64,000 nucleotides of DNA from Octopus sinensis (taxonomy: Eukaryota): positions 9,052,001-9,116,000 of the forward strand of contig NC_042999.1 of NCBI RefSeq assembly GCF_006345805.1, given 5' to 3'. The translations under genes and the position numbers were made by a program. Positions 24,226 through 37,302 of this stretch are shown piece after piece (position 1 is the stretch's first letter; the number at the start of each line of letters is the position of its first letter). Below the pieces are notes generated by a model. It saw only the letters and a list, made by a program, of their open reading frames with translations, was not told where the DNA came from and made no database searches.

Positions 24226-24440
24226 AGGAAACGAGCTGGCAAAATCGCTAGTATGTCGGTCAAAATGCTAGGTGACATTTCGTCCGTCTTTACGTTCTAA
24301 GTTCAAATCCCGCTGAGGTCGACTTTGCCTTTCATCCTTTCGGAGTCGATAGAATAAGTACCAATTGAACAATAGAGTTGATGTAATTGACTCACCCCCT
24401 CCTCCGATATTGCTGGCCTTGTGCCAAAATCTGAAATCAA
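24226..24440 (+). mobile_element. SINE family B (degenerate)
   Basis: Homology. Confidence 0.7.
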
Positions 24441-24630
24441 TGTTTAGAGGATGTGTGGTTGAAAACCTGAACGCAATCTAAGTGCCCAGCGAGGTTTGTT
24501 CTTCGATTCATATTTAATGTCGGTTCACCTGACGTTGGTATTGCTCTTATGAAAGGCAAAATGATTGCATTGTTTAATTATTCTCATTCAAAATGGGTTT
24601 TTATCAATATATATATTTATATAGTTGGCA

Positions 24631-24856
24631 TTACTCTTTACTCTTTTACTCTTTACTCTTTTACTTGTTTCAGTCATTTGACTGCGGCCATGCTGGAGCA
24701 CCGCCTTTAGTCGAGCAAATCGACCCGGGGACTTATTCTTTGTAAGCCCAGTACTTATTCTATCGGTCTCTTTTGCCGAACCGCTAAGTGACGGGGACGT
24801 AAACACACCAGCATCGGTTGTCAAGCAATGCTAGTGGGACAAACACAGACACACAA

Positions 24857-24887
<31 letters not shown>

Positions 24888-25057
24888 CATATATACGACA
24901 GGCTTCTTTCAGTTTCCGTCTACCAAATCCACTCACAAGGCATTGGTCGGCCCGGGGCTATAGCAGAAGACACTTGCCCAAGATGCCATGCAGTGCGACT
25001 GAACCCGGAACCATGTGGTTGGTTAGCAAGCTACTTCCCACACAGCCACTCCTGCGC
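24631..25057 (-). mobile_element. SINE family A, full length, nearly identical to 623-1043
   Basis: Near-identical sequence. Confidence 0.9.
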
Positions 25058-26036
25058 GTAGAAATTCGAAAAAGTGTATCTATTATGAATAATACGATGA
25101 TAATACAGTACGATTTAGTTAAAGTGATTATAGAGTAGCGACAGTAATAATCACCTTAATAACATACTTACATATTTACGAAACTGTATGAGAAATCATT
25201 GGAAAGTCCTTATTTACGAAAATATAAGTACATTTATTACTGAATCGCAGAAATCACATGAGAGAAGTAAACGGTTAAAAATGATGAAATTAACCGCCAC
25301 TCCCTACCAATAATGTAATATATTTATTAATGCAACCATTTTTCTCATATCTTGAAGAAAATCGAGTATCGTCTTTCAGAAATATGGTGTTCAGAGTCAC
25401 TATTAATAAGGAGAATATTTCAGCTGGAATTTCCAATAAGTTTTAATAAATTAAGTATTGATTAATTTTCAGATAAATTCATTTCGATAAAATGCTGCTG
25501 TATCATTCATTCGTAATTTTAAAACTGAAACGACTTACTTTATGAAAATTCAAAACATTGAAACATGAAATTTTGTTTCTCGGATAATGATGGCGGCTTA
25601 GCAACATTTGACGATGCACAATTCACAGCGCATTTGGGTTTTAGCTGCAACTTGAAATACCCAGAAAAGTTAATGTATTTCATCATACATCTTGCCTCGA
25701 TATAAACATCAGCTCTAGAAGACAGATTTTTGCATCTCAATTATGGCAGAAGAAATCTTCAAGCAGGGATACTTACAAAGAAAAGCGAAAACGGAAGAGA
25801 GGGCATTGTGTGGAGTTTTACGTTGATATGAACATGGAAGACGGGAAAGAGAGAGATTCCATTTCCGATCGCTGGACTGTGAAAGGAAATGAAATTATCT
25901 TCACATTTTCTGCTGATTAATTATTTTTAAGCTACTCCTACAACAAAGGTGAAGCGGTTTTCAGAGCCGGAATGAATCTCTGATGACGCGTACAATAGTG
26001 CAGTGTGTTCTTTACATTGTTAATATACTCTCTTCT

Positions 26037-26702
26037 AAGGCGGCGAGTTCGCAGAATCGTCAGCAGGCCGAGCGAAAAGCTTTCTGGTATTTCGTCTGCC
26101 ATTACGTTCTAAGTTCAAATTCCGCCGAGGTCGACTTTGCCTTTCATCTTTTCAGGGTCGATAAATTAAGTACCAGTTACGCACTGGGGTCAATATAATC
26201 GACTTAATCCTTTGTCTGTCTTTGTTTGTCCCCTCTGTGTTTAGCCCCTCGTGGATAGTAAAAAAATATTTAAAGGCGGCGAGCTGGTAGAAACGTAAGC
26301 ACGCCGGGCGAAATGCTTTCTGGTATTTCGTCTGCCGTTACGTTCTGGGTTCAAATTCCGCCGAGGTCGACTTTGCTTTTCATCCTTTCGGGGTCAATAA
26401 ATTAAGCATCAGTTATACACTGGGGTCGTTGTAATCTACCTAATCTCTTTGTCTGTCCTTGTTTGTACCCTCTATGTTTAGCCCCTTGTGGGCAATAAAG
26501 AAATAAGAAACGTTAGCATGCCGTGCGCAATGATTTGTGATATTTCGCCTGTCTTTACGTTCTGAGTTTACGTTCTGCCGAGGTCGACTTTGCCTGTCAT
26601 TCTTTCGGGGTCGATAAATTAAGTACCAGTTGCATACTGGAGTCGATCTAATCGACTGTCCCCCTCCTCCAAAATTTCGACCCTTGTGCCTAGATTAGAA
26701 AC
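26037..26702 (+). mobile_element. Three head-to-tail SINE B copies
   Basis: Units start at about 26037, 26273 and 26506. Confidence 0.85.
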
Positions 26703-27345
26703 GAATATACTCTCTTCTGTATTAAGCTGTCTCTGCCAATTCTGCTCGTTGGGTTTGGTGTAGCCCGGTCAGTCGATGCCTTTGGATAAATTTCAACAAC
26801 ATAATAACATTTGTTCATATCCCTGTAAGTATAAGCACATCTATATGACTGGCATATTTGTAGACAACTCTGCTGCAATGTACCAAAAAAGAAAGAAAAA
26901 TAATATTCCTTTCTTCGTAGAGGATGGTTTTGATCTGGGGACACCTGGGGTGTGAACCCAGTACGCTTCCACTGGACAATTCCTCTCAACGGGAGACCAA
27001 GCAAATATATAACGTATTGTTTCTTACAACTTCTGCATCACATCATTTCTCTTTACATCGTTTAGCATTGTTGTTGTATTATTATATATGTATTTATTTC
27101 TAAGCATCGGTGAAAACACAATGCGTGTTGCTGCATTGGGATGTGAATTTACTTGCTTAAAGGTGACACTTGGCAAAGCATTTGATAAACCACATGCAGA
27201 GATGAATGCGCTGCAAATAATTTGTTGAATCGCTCTTCATTTGTCATTGTCAGATTCGTCAGAAGCAAATCAGTTCCATAAATGTTTCCGCAACTCTGTA
27301 CAGCAAAAGAGCCTGCTCGTTGCAGTATAGTATAGTATATTAATG

Positions 27346-27732
27346 CAGGTTCCGAGTTCAGTCCCACTGCGTGGTATCTTGGGCAAGTGTCTTCTGCTAT
27401 AGCCCCGGGCCGACTAATGCCTTGTGAGTGGATTTGGTAGACGGAAACTGAAAGAAGCCTCTCGTATATATGTATATATATATGTGTGTGTTGTGTGTGT
27501 GTGTGTGCGTGTTCTGTGTGTGTGTTTGTTTGTCCCCTAGCATTGCTTGACAACAGAGATGCTGGTGTGTTTACGTCCCCGTCACCTTAGCGGTTCGGCA
27601 AAAGCGAACCGATAGAATAAGTACTGGGCTTACAAACAATAAGTCCCGGCGTCGATTTGCTCGACTAAAGGCGGTGCTCCAGCATGGCCGCAGTCAAATG
27701 ACTGAAACAAGTAAAAGAGTAAAAGAGAGAGT
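27346..27732 (+). mobile_element. SINE family A
   Basis: Homology; head truncated. Confidence 0.85.
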
Positions 27733-27951
27733 ATATTATAATATTATCGATATATTCTATTAGTATTTGTTTTAATATATTAGTTAAATATACTATAGTA
27801 CTATACTATATATACTCTATACTATATGTACTATAGTACAATACTATAGTACTATACTATAAATCTAATAAAGATTGAAAAAGTGCCATAGAAATATGAA
27901 AAGTTTTGCTTACGTTTTAAATGCAAGAAATACCTACGAGAAAATAATCTT

Positions 27952-28085
27952 CTCTACTCTAGGCACAAGGCCGGAAATTTTGGGGGAGGGGGCCAGTCGA
28001 TTAGATCGACCCCAGTATGCAGCTGGTAATTAATTCATCAAACTCGAAAGGACGAAAAGCAAAGTCGACCTCAGCGAATTTAACT
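27952..28085 (-). mobile_element. SINE family B 3' part (alternative tail)
   Basis: Homology. Confidence 0.75.
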
Positions 28086-28132
28086 ACGAGAAAACAATTC
28101 CTGGTTAATTTCTCTCATATTGTTTTCCTTGT

Positions 28133-29090
28133 TATATCGACCCCAGTGTGTAACTGGTACTTATTTAATCGACCCCGAAAGGATGAAAGCAAAGTCGACC
28201 TCGGCGGAATTTGATCTCAAAACGTAGCGACGGGTGAAATACCTATTTCTTTACTACTCACAAGGGGCTAAACACAGAGAGGACAAACAAGGACAGACAA
28301 ATGGATTAAGTCGATTATTTCGACCCCAGTGCGTAACTGGTACTTATTCAATCGACCCCGAAAGGATGAAAGCAAAGTCGACCTCGGCGAAATTTGATCT
28401 CAAAACGTAGCGACAGGTGGAATACCTATTTCTTTACTACCCACAAGGGGCTAAACACAGAGAGGACAAACAATGGCAAACAAACGGATTAAGTCGATCA
28501 TATCGACCCCAGTGTGTAACTGGTACTTATTTAATCAACTCCGAAAGGACGAAAGGCAAAGTCGTCCTCGGCGGAATTTGAACTCAGAACGTAGCGGCAG
28601 ACGAAATACCTATTTCTTTACTACCCACAAGGGGATAAACACAGAGAGGACAAACAAGGACAGACAAACGGATTAAGTCGATTATATCGACACCAGTGCG
28701 TAACTAGTACTTATTTAATCGATCCCGAAAGGATGAACGCAAAGTCGACCTCGGCGGAATTTGATCTCAAAACGTAGCGACGGGTGAAATACCTATTTCT
28801 TTACTACCCATAAGGGGCTAAACACAGAGAGGACAAACAATGGCAAACAAACGGATTAAGTCGATTATATCGACCCCAGTGCGTAACTGGTACTTATTTA
28901 ATCGACCCCGAAAGGATGAACGCAAAATCGACCTCGGCGGAATTTGAACTCAAAACGTAGCGACGGGTGAAATACCTATTTCTTTACTACCCACAAGGAG
29001 CTAAACACAGAGAGGACAAACAAGGACAGACAAACGGATATCGACCCCAGTGTGTAACTGGTACTTATTTAATCGACCCAGAAAGGATGA
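28133..29090 (-). repeat. Tandem array of headless SINE B, 183-bp unit x about 5.2
   Basis: Junction GAAATACCTATTTC at 28236, about 28420, 28603, 28786 and 28969. Confidence 0.95.
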
Positions 29091-29156
29091 ACGTAGTTTT
29101 CCTTGTTAACTATACCAGTCATAATGCTTCTCTCGTTGTCTCTTGTCTCTTCCCCC

Positions 29157-29200
<44 letters not shown>

Positions 29201-29842
29201 ATCCATCTTTCTCCATCTGTATTTATCGTCGTCTTGTCCTCTTTGTATTTCTTTCATTCCTCGTATTTCTCTCTTATCGAAATCACAAGTTTAATCTTCT
29301 TTATATTTAGTGTTTTGTTGACGCTCATTAGTGTCTCTAAGTAGTAGCAGTATATATCTATTACATTGATTTAATTGACCAGACCTATTGCTTTTAAGAA
29401 ACCGACCTGAACAAAATTCTCATTCAATTAATAGACAGCAAAAGCAAAACAAATGACAGAACTTGGATAAAATGAAATCTATTAGCGAGATTAACAACAG
29501 TGTGGATGATGTTATATTTGAACAAAACATTCAAGATTTTAAAATGGTTTCACATTGGAATTTTATTGTTATTTCGGAAGTTCTTTGTGAATAACAGTAA
29601 AGAAATAAAAGTAAAAGATAAAGAATCGAAGGTTAAACAATATCTGTAGGTAAATAGACACCAATAAATAACAAAATCAAACGCAAATGAATGATCGATA
29701 AACTGACGAACGAATGCATAAACAGATTAGAAAAAATACTATGATAAATTTATCTCTATCCGGATGGCATATTTCGTCATATTAAGATGATCGGAAATCG
29801 TGTAACGGATTCAACACGCAGAGGGTAGTGATGCAAATTAAG

Positions 29843-30098
29843 GGGGCGAGCTGGCAGAACCGTTTGCACGCCGGGCGAAATGCGTAGCCGTATTTCGTCT
29901 GCCGTTACGTTCTGAGTTTAAATTCCGCCGAGGTCGACTTTGCCTTTCATCCTTTCGGGCTTGATTAAATAAGTACCAGTTACGCACTGGGGTCGATATA
30001 ATCGACTTAATCTGTTTATCTGTTTATCTGTGTATCCGTGTGTCTGTCCCTGTTTATCCCCTCTGTGTGTAGCCCCTTGTAGGCAGTAAAGAAATAGA
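29843..30098 (+). mobile_element. SINE family B, full length
   Basis: Homology. Confidence 0.9.
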
Positions 30099-30345
30099 TA
30101 TGATTAGGAATGTTTACAGAACATACTTAGCGGTTGTTAATTAAATAATGCACCCGCTGTTTAAGAAATATTTGGACATGAGATCTAATCACACTAGGTC
30201 GAGGTCAGGGTGTTTGATGATTTAACGCTATCGTCGCACCGAGCAGACCAGGATAGAAATGTTTGGCATTTCAGTTAGTAACAATTTTTCAGTGGAAAAT
30301 TACTATTTGTAAATCTCACAACGAAAGATATTCAGCAACAGTACC

Positions 30346-30596
30346 TTGGAGTAATGATTGTTTGCCAACACAACATGGCAGTCCTGGTTTAGGACGAATG
30401 TTGCTGTAATTTAGCCCCAGGAGACATCGTTTCTAGCTTGGCCATACGACACGATCTGTGTCCTTGTTCGAAAATATAAGGACACAGATCGTGTCGTATA
30501 GCCAGCTGGAGACGATGTCTCCTGGAGCTAAATTACAGCAACATTCGTCCTAAATCAAGACTGCCATGTTATGTTGGCAAACAATCTTTACTCCAA
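30346..30596. mobile_element. Palindromic MITE-like element
   Basis: About 120-bp imperfect arms with a 12-nt loop (30466-30477). Confidence 0.75.
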
Positions 30597-31294
30597 TTTT
30601 TCATTGGTAGGTCATGAAGTAAAGGATTCTTCTCGGATGGATTACCTTAGATAGACGTGGCAAAGACGGAAAATCCTGCAACTAATTGCATGTCACATAT
30701 AAGCCTTTTTTAAATGAACTTTTGAAGCAAATATATTCTATTCTTATTACGTTGAAATCAATTGTGAGGGGAAATTTCACATTTTTTCCCTGATGTATTT
30801 TTATGGATTTTTAATTTGCAATTATTTTCAAATATATGTCATAATAGAATTGTTTTTCTTTACCATATGAATTCAATAACAAGAGACAAATCTGTAATAA
30901 TGACGCGAAATAAGTGACTTTTAAGCAATTACATACTCGTTTCACTTACACAGAATATCCAAGCGTATTTTTGTAGTTTCCCAGATTGTTTTGGCTTCAT
31001 TATCAATGCTGCAGATCTATGTACCTAAAATCAAAGAACGCCGTAAGCAGAGGAACGTTTAACCAAGTCTCTGTCAGCTATTACATTTTAATACATGGAC
31101 ATACATGCGATTTTACATGAGACTGGAAGTCGTAATATGTTCTCTGCAGAGTAAAAAGCGATGTACAATGGTGACCTAGCGATGTAATGGAAGCAGAGAT
31201 TAGGAGATATGAAGGAAGATGGAGTTGAACGTACAAACACACAAGAACTTTCCAATATATATATATATATAGATCGTTAGCCACTGCACACAGT

Positions 31295-31442
31295 TTTTTC
31301 TCTCCTTGTTTTTTCTGTGTCCCATTCTGTATAAGAGCGTAGGCTCGAAACGTAAAATACGTTTCTATTCCTGAGCGTTATACTAATACATCTGTTTGTT
31401 TTGTACACCACCTGTCTTCGTCTTTTTTCGTAAACTCTCCCT
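31295..31442 (+). mobile_element. Same short pLTR-like family (degenerate HHR-like motif)
   Basis: CTGTATAAGAGCGTAGGCTCGAAACGTAAAA..CCTGAGCG..CTAATAC..CACCTGTCTTCGTC, then (TA)n. Confidence 0.6.
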
Positions 31443-31545
<103 letters not shown>

Positions 31546-32095
31546 ATATACATAGGTATATACAATAAATTTTGCGATTTTCGCATACACATTATACTAA
31601 TGAATATTTGTATGTATGCATGTATGAAGGTATGTATAAATTTACGTATATATGTTTGTATATTCGTAGAAACAGAGACCAGGTGCTTGTGTGTGCAGCT
31701 AAACAGAAATAGAATTGTGACTCCGACTGTTTAATCGTCATTCGGTCGTAGAATAGACATTATGCGATCATAGGAGTGATTAATCGACTTCTTTTTAACA
31801 AAACATCTAAACTACTTTTGCGACACCGGAGATTAAGCTACACCCACACGTCTTAATCATCTTTTCTTTATTCAAAGTAATGGTTTCTTTACTTTTTAAA
31901 AAGTAATTTCGATGCGTAGTATCTGCAGTGTGCGTGTCTTTGGTCCAAAATATTCTACTGCAACTGTATGTAATAAATGTTTGTTCTTAAAATTTTATAA
32001 AAAGTAGAAAGAATATGGTACAAAAACTATGAACATTCTTTGAAGAGAGATATACATAGAAGCCGGATTGGCAAGAAGTTTTCTTCCAACCACAT

Positions 32096-32419
32096 AGTTC
32101 CAAGTTGCTCTGATCAACGGAACAGCCTGCTCGTGAAATTAACGTGCAAGTGGCTGAGCACTCCACAGACACGTGTACCCTTAACATAGTTCTCGGGGAG
32201 ATTCAGCGTGACACACAGTGACAGGTACAACAGAAACAAACAGTGAGAGAAAGTTGTGGTGAAAGAGTTCTGCAGGGTTCGCCACCACCCGCTGCCGGAG
32301 CCTGGTGAAGATTTAGGTGTTTTCGCTCAATGAACACTCACAACAACTGATCTGGGTATCGAAACCGCGATCCTACGACCGCGAGTCCGCTGTCATAACC
32401 ACTGGGCCATTGCACCTCC
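32096..32419 (-). mobile_element. SINE family C
   Basis: Homology. Confidence 0.85.
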
Positions 32420-32794
32420 ACTTCCGTTGATATGTTACTAAAGTGTAATATATCATTATGTGTGTATGTATGCATGTATATCTAATGATATATTAGAATT
32501 TAGTAATATATCATCGAAAGCAGTGGGAATGATATGACACATGGAGAAAGAATGAGAAAAGTGATTGTGTATTGTATGCTGAAAACGATGCGATGGAAAA
32601 AAATATGTACGTTAGATCAGAGAATGAAGAAAGACAAAATAGAATTTAAAAGTGTGCAGAATGAAGAACGAAATCGCGTGACACAAAGAACTAGATTGAG
32701 AAATGGAGAAACAGTTGGAGATAAAATATTCGAAAGAGAAGATTTTACACGTTTACGTTTTAAATCTCATTAAATGCAAGAAAGTGCGGATTAT

Positions 32795-32979
32795 AGGCGG
32801 AGCTGTGACTGTTTGATGAAAAGTTGCCTTCTCAACGAAATGGTTCCGGGTTCAGTCCCACGGCATGGCACGTTGGGCAAGTGTCTTCTATCATAGCCTC
32901 AGAGCGACCAAAGCGATGTAACTGGATTTGGTTGACAGAAACCGAAAGAAGCCCGTCGTATATATACATGTGTGCGTAC

Positions 32980-33030
<51 letters not shown>

Positions 33031-33143
33031 TTTGTATCTGTATCTGTCCTTCACCACTACTTGACGACCGATATTATTCTGTTTAGCTCCCAGTAACTTA
33101 GCGGTTCAGCAAAAGATCAGTGGATTAAGTAGCAGGCTTTATA
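32795..33143 (+). mobile_element. SINE family A (degenerate)
   Basis: Homology. Confidence 0.75.
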
Positions 33144-33171
33144 AAGTCTGCTGAGATATTTTAATCCTTTT

Positions 33172-33357
33172 CTTTTATTTCTTTTACTTGTTTCAGTTAT
33201 TTGACTGCGGTCCATGCTGGAGCACCGCCTCTCGTTGAACAAATCGATCCCAGGACTTATTCTTTGTGAGCCTATCTGTCTCTTTTGCCGAACCGCTATG
33301 TTACGGTTGACAAGCGATGGTGGTGTGACAAACACAGACACACAAATACATACATAC

Positions 33358-33388
<31 letters not shown>

Positions 33389-33490
33389 TATAGGACGGGC
33401 TTCTTTCAGTTTCCGTCTACCAAATCCACTCACAAGGCTTTGGTCGGTCCGAGGTTATAGCAGAAGGCACTTGCCCAAGGTGGCATGCTC
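33172..33490 (-). mobile_element. SINE family A (tail-to-tail with previous copy)
   Basis: Homology. Confidence 0.8.
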
Positions 33491-34016
33491 AACTGATAGT
33501 TATTTTATCGACCCCAGAATGATGTAACGAAAACTGACCTCAGCGACATTTGAACTCAAAGTGCGAAGACAGAAACGTCGCTAAGTATTTTGTCCAGAGC
33601 GCTAAAGATCCTACAAGAGCGTCACCTTGCTAATCTCTCAGTATGATCAACTATTTTTCTAAATTTATGTAATTTAACAGAGTTGGGAAGGAACACTTCA
33701 ATTTTTTTTCAGCAAAACAACTTAGTTTCCGAATATTTTTTTTTTCTTTATGTCAATCAGTAAACATAATTCTACGACTTTTATTTATACAAGAAAACCT
33801 ATTCTGTTTATCAAAATTCTACTTGCGTGGAAAATGGCAAAGAGTTGTTTCGTGATTCTTTTGGCGAACGCGAATGGTTCCAGATTCGCTTTTAGAATTA
33901 CAATAATCCCTCGACTATCGCGTGTGTTACTTTACAAAACCCCAACGAAATAGAAGCAGTACTGTACTGTATTTTCTTTTGTTTTTATTCATATAATTTG
34001 TATATATTTATTTTAT

Positions 34017-34175
34017 TAGACGATCAGAAAATGGAGGAAAAACAACAAATAGAAGTGTATCTTTGGTGTTAAAAAGCCATTATTTAATTAGTTAAGCTTA
34101 ACTAATTAAATAATGGCTTTTTAGCACCAAAGATACACTTCTATTTGTTGTTTTCCTCCATTTTATGATCGTCTA
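34017..34175. repeat. Loopless about 80-bp-arm palindrome
   Basis: Centre TTAAG|CTTAA at 34096/34097; about 3 differences between arms. Confidence 0.9.
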
Positions 34176-34186
34176 TATATACATTG

Positions 34187-34524
34187 TGAAGGCGCGTGGC
34201 TCAGTGGTTAGAACGTCGAGCTTACGTTCGTGAGGTTGTTAGTTCGAATCCCGGACCTGGCTGCGTGTTGTGTTCTTGAGCAACACACTTTATTTCACGT
34301 CGCTCCAGTTCACTCAGTTGTAGAAATGAGTTGCGACGTCACAGATGCCAAGCTGTACCGGCCCCTTTGCCTTCCTCTTGGACAACACTGGTCGTGTGGA
34401 GAGGGGAGGCCGGTATACATGGGCAACTGCTGGTCTTCCATAAACAACCTTGCCCGGATTTGTTCCTCGGAGGGTAACTTTCTAGGTGCAATCCCATGGT
34501 CATTCATGACCGAAGGGGGTCTCA
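34187..34524 (+). mobile_element. tRNA-derived SINE family D (core TTGAGCAA; RTE-like tail)
   Basis: GAAGGCGCGTGGCTCAGTGGTTAG..GTTCGAATCCC head; TGTTCTTGAGCAACACACTT core. Confidence 0.85.
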
Positions 34525-34743
34525 GCATATATACATAAAACTACGGTTTACCTTTTTAAATTACCTGCTGCCGTATTCCTTATACCAAGGACCATAATTA
34601 CTGAGGTATTTGCCAGGAGTGCCTCTGGATACTTCCATCCTGTAGAGGGCTTAACACCTCTAACCTATACCTTACATAACATATTTATTTTATTATAAAT
34701 GCAAAACAACACCACGGAAGAATCGATGTAAGCTTAAATAATA

Positions 34744-34794
34744 AACCGCGATGGGTGAACCGCGATGGGTGAACCGCGATGGGTGAACCGCGAT
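34744..34794. repeat. 14-bp minisatellite AACCGCGATGGGTG x3.6
   Basis: Directly visible. Confidence 0.95.
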
Positions 34795-34892
34795 ATGGAG
34801 AGGGATGACTGTACTCCATATATGATCTTTCTCTGTATGGTTCCCGAAACAGCTGTTATTTCTTAGAAAATGGACAACCCTGGATTATTTTA

Positions 34893-35090
34893 TCTTTTAC
34901 ATGTCTTAGTCAATTGACTGCGGTCATGCTGGGGCACCACCTCGAAGAATTTTTAGTCGAATGAATCGACTCCCGTGCATTTTTTGAAATCCCGGTATTA
35001 TTGTATCGGTCTGTTATACTGAGCCGCTAAGTTACGAGGACCTAAATATACCAACACCGGTTGTGAATTGGTGGTGGGGAACACTTACAC
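34893..35090 (-). mobile_element. SINE family A 3' part
   Basis: Tail homology. Confidence 0.7.
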
Positions 35091-35345
35091 ACACACACAC
35101 ATATATATATTTAATATTGGTACCCTCTGACCTTGTGTCACTCTTTTATTTCTGCTAAATATTAATAGAAATATACATATACTTATTTTATGAGTTCTAT
35201 TTTTCCTGATTGCACCAACACACCGCTGCCCTAACCACTGGGCCATTGCGCCTCCACGTATCGGGTATATAGAATAATTTAATATTAATAAACAATAATA
35301 AATCTCTGAGCAAGGTTGAAGAGGGGAAGGATGGCTTCTCTTTAC

Positions 35346-35465
35346 AAATACTGATAGGGCACAGAAAGTGTGTCAACAGCCAGCTGGAGGATGTGTCCTC
35401 CTGGGGCTACAAGCTACAGTAGCATCCACCCTTAGGGGTTAGCCACATTTAAGTGGCAAATATAC
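35346..35465 (-). mobile_element. MITE-like half arm
   Basis: Reverse complement of 12434-12551. Confidence 0.6.
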
Positions 35466-35504
35466 TTCATAATAGTGATAACGTTTACGGCTTCGAACGG
35501 GCAG

Positions 35505-35706
35505 AGTCGTCAGCTCGCTGGGCAGAATACTTAGCTGTATTTCGTACATATCTATGCTCTGGGTTCATATGATCTCGATGTTGAATTATCTTTTCCTCCC
35601 TTTCGAGGTCGATAAAATAATTGCCAGTTAAGTATTGGGTCGATGAAATCGACGTATCCCCTCACAAAAAAAAAACATTTCGGTTTTGTGCCAAAATTAA
35701 AAACCG
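35505..35706 (+). mobile_element. SINE family B (degenerate)
   Basis: Homology. Confidence 0.6.
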
Positions 35707-36374
35707 ATATTAATAATAATTCTTTCTACTGTTGGCACAACGACAGAAGTTTAGAGACGAACTTTGAGATTCAATTTCTGTCAGATACAATTTTTTTTTC
35801 TAAAATTGATTAAGCCTAGCCATCACTTGAATAACCTTTCAATGTAGCTGCCTTTATTAACCATGTCGCATCGTATTCCCTCTATGGCGGCAATAATTTA
35901 AACGTCATCTCTACCGGATTCTCCGGTGAAGTGGTAAGAAATAACATACAAAAGCAATATGAAACCGATTCTGTCCGTTGGTTTGCTTGCAATCGTTACG
36001 CTTGTGGGGCATATTCAACTATTTATTTTTGGCTCAAGAGTCCAGGTGGAGGGCAAATTAGACGCAGGATCCCAGGTCCGAGAGGGTTAATTGCAATTTC
36101 AGCTCGAAATATTGATAGATATTCCAACGTGACATCGTTTCTTGTGCGTTTTACCTTGAAACTACAAAACCCTTAAGATTTAGTGTTTGTGCAATCCGCC
36201 CTTTCAGCGATCTGTCAAGCCCCACCACCCAAAAAAATACTTTCGGCTAAATTCGTTTCACTTTTTTCTCGATTAAATATCGAAATTGTGGAGATCAAAG
36301 TTTTGTAGATGCTAATAATTTGCACAATTAAAATACATCATTAGCTGATGTTAATGTTTACAATAATTAAGCGG

Positions 36375-36530
36375 TCAGCTGGGCTCGCTGGGCAACATAC
36401 TTCGAGGCTTGGCCGAAGTCGACTTACCCTTGTGGGATCGTAAAATAAGTACTAGCTGAGTACTGGGGTCGGTGTCATTGACTTATCCCTATCCCGAAAC
36501 TGCTGGCCTTGTGCCAAAATTCGAAACCGA
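36375..36530 (+). mobile_element. SINE family B (degenerate)
   Basis: Homology. Confidence 0.55.
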
Positions 36531-36940
36531 TATTTACAATATGTTAAGAGCATACGATTTAGCTCACTATTTTACCTACGCATCCTGTAACTCCCGATGG
36601 AAAATAACTATTTGTTCTTAACATATTGGGCTTCTAGACTGCTTGTGTCAGCCATATTTTCTTTCCTTTTCCTTCTTCCTTTTGTTTACATTGTATGCTC
36701 TTGTCTTTCACTTTGATGAAGATCCGTTGCCTTAATTCGAATGCTCTACGAAGATGAAGAACTTTATTCTCGCATTTATTTATAGACTGCATTTTGGTAA
36801 CCGATCAGTAACGGCCGTAATATAGGTTACGTCACCAATTATGTTATGACATGCTTTGTATTAAAAAATAAGCTATAGATATGGCCCAATCGATGTGTTT
36901 GTTAATCTGTGGTTATCTCCATTTTCTAATTACTTGCCTA

Positions 36941-36979
<39 letters not shown>

Positions 36980-37266
36980 TATATAAATATACATATATAT
37001 ATATAAAGGGGTTTGTATGATTGTGTATAGAGGGATATATATTTTTCAAAGGAATTCCAACTCTGTTTTTTATGTTTTATTTATATTCTTTAGAATATTA
37101 ATGTAGGATATAGAATATATAGTATAAATAATATATATATAGTAAAATGAAATGAAGTATTGATTGTCTTATTGAATAGATGAAATATTGAATATCAAAT
37201 ATTAAGGGACTAGTATAGTTTCTTGCATTAAAGCAGTGTTCAAGGTCCCAGGTTGTGACAGGAGTG

Positions 37267-37302
<36 letters not shown>

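Noticed and set aside
25743-25826. MAEEIFKQGYLQRKAKT.., resembling a PH-domain first strand
   Set aside because: Only 27 codons, no convincing splice donor before the stop, and no downstream exon found.
26824-26919. GTAAGT...TTTCTTCGTAG putative short intron
   Set aside because: Spliced frames give stops or no recognisable protein; cannot be supported without RNA data.
28133-29090. CRISPR-like or retrozyme array
   Set aside because: No unique spacers and no hammerhead core in the unit; it is a tandem SINE body.
36705-36755. TTGATGAAG..TTCGAATG hammerhead-like string in a pyrimidine-rich tract
   Set aside because: Core mutated at several positions and stems not supportable.
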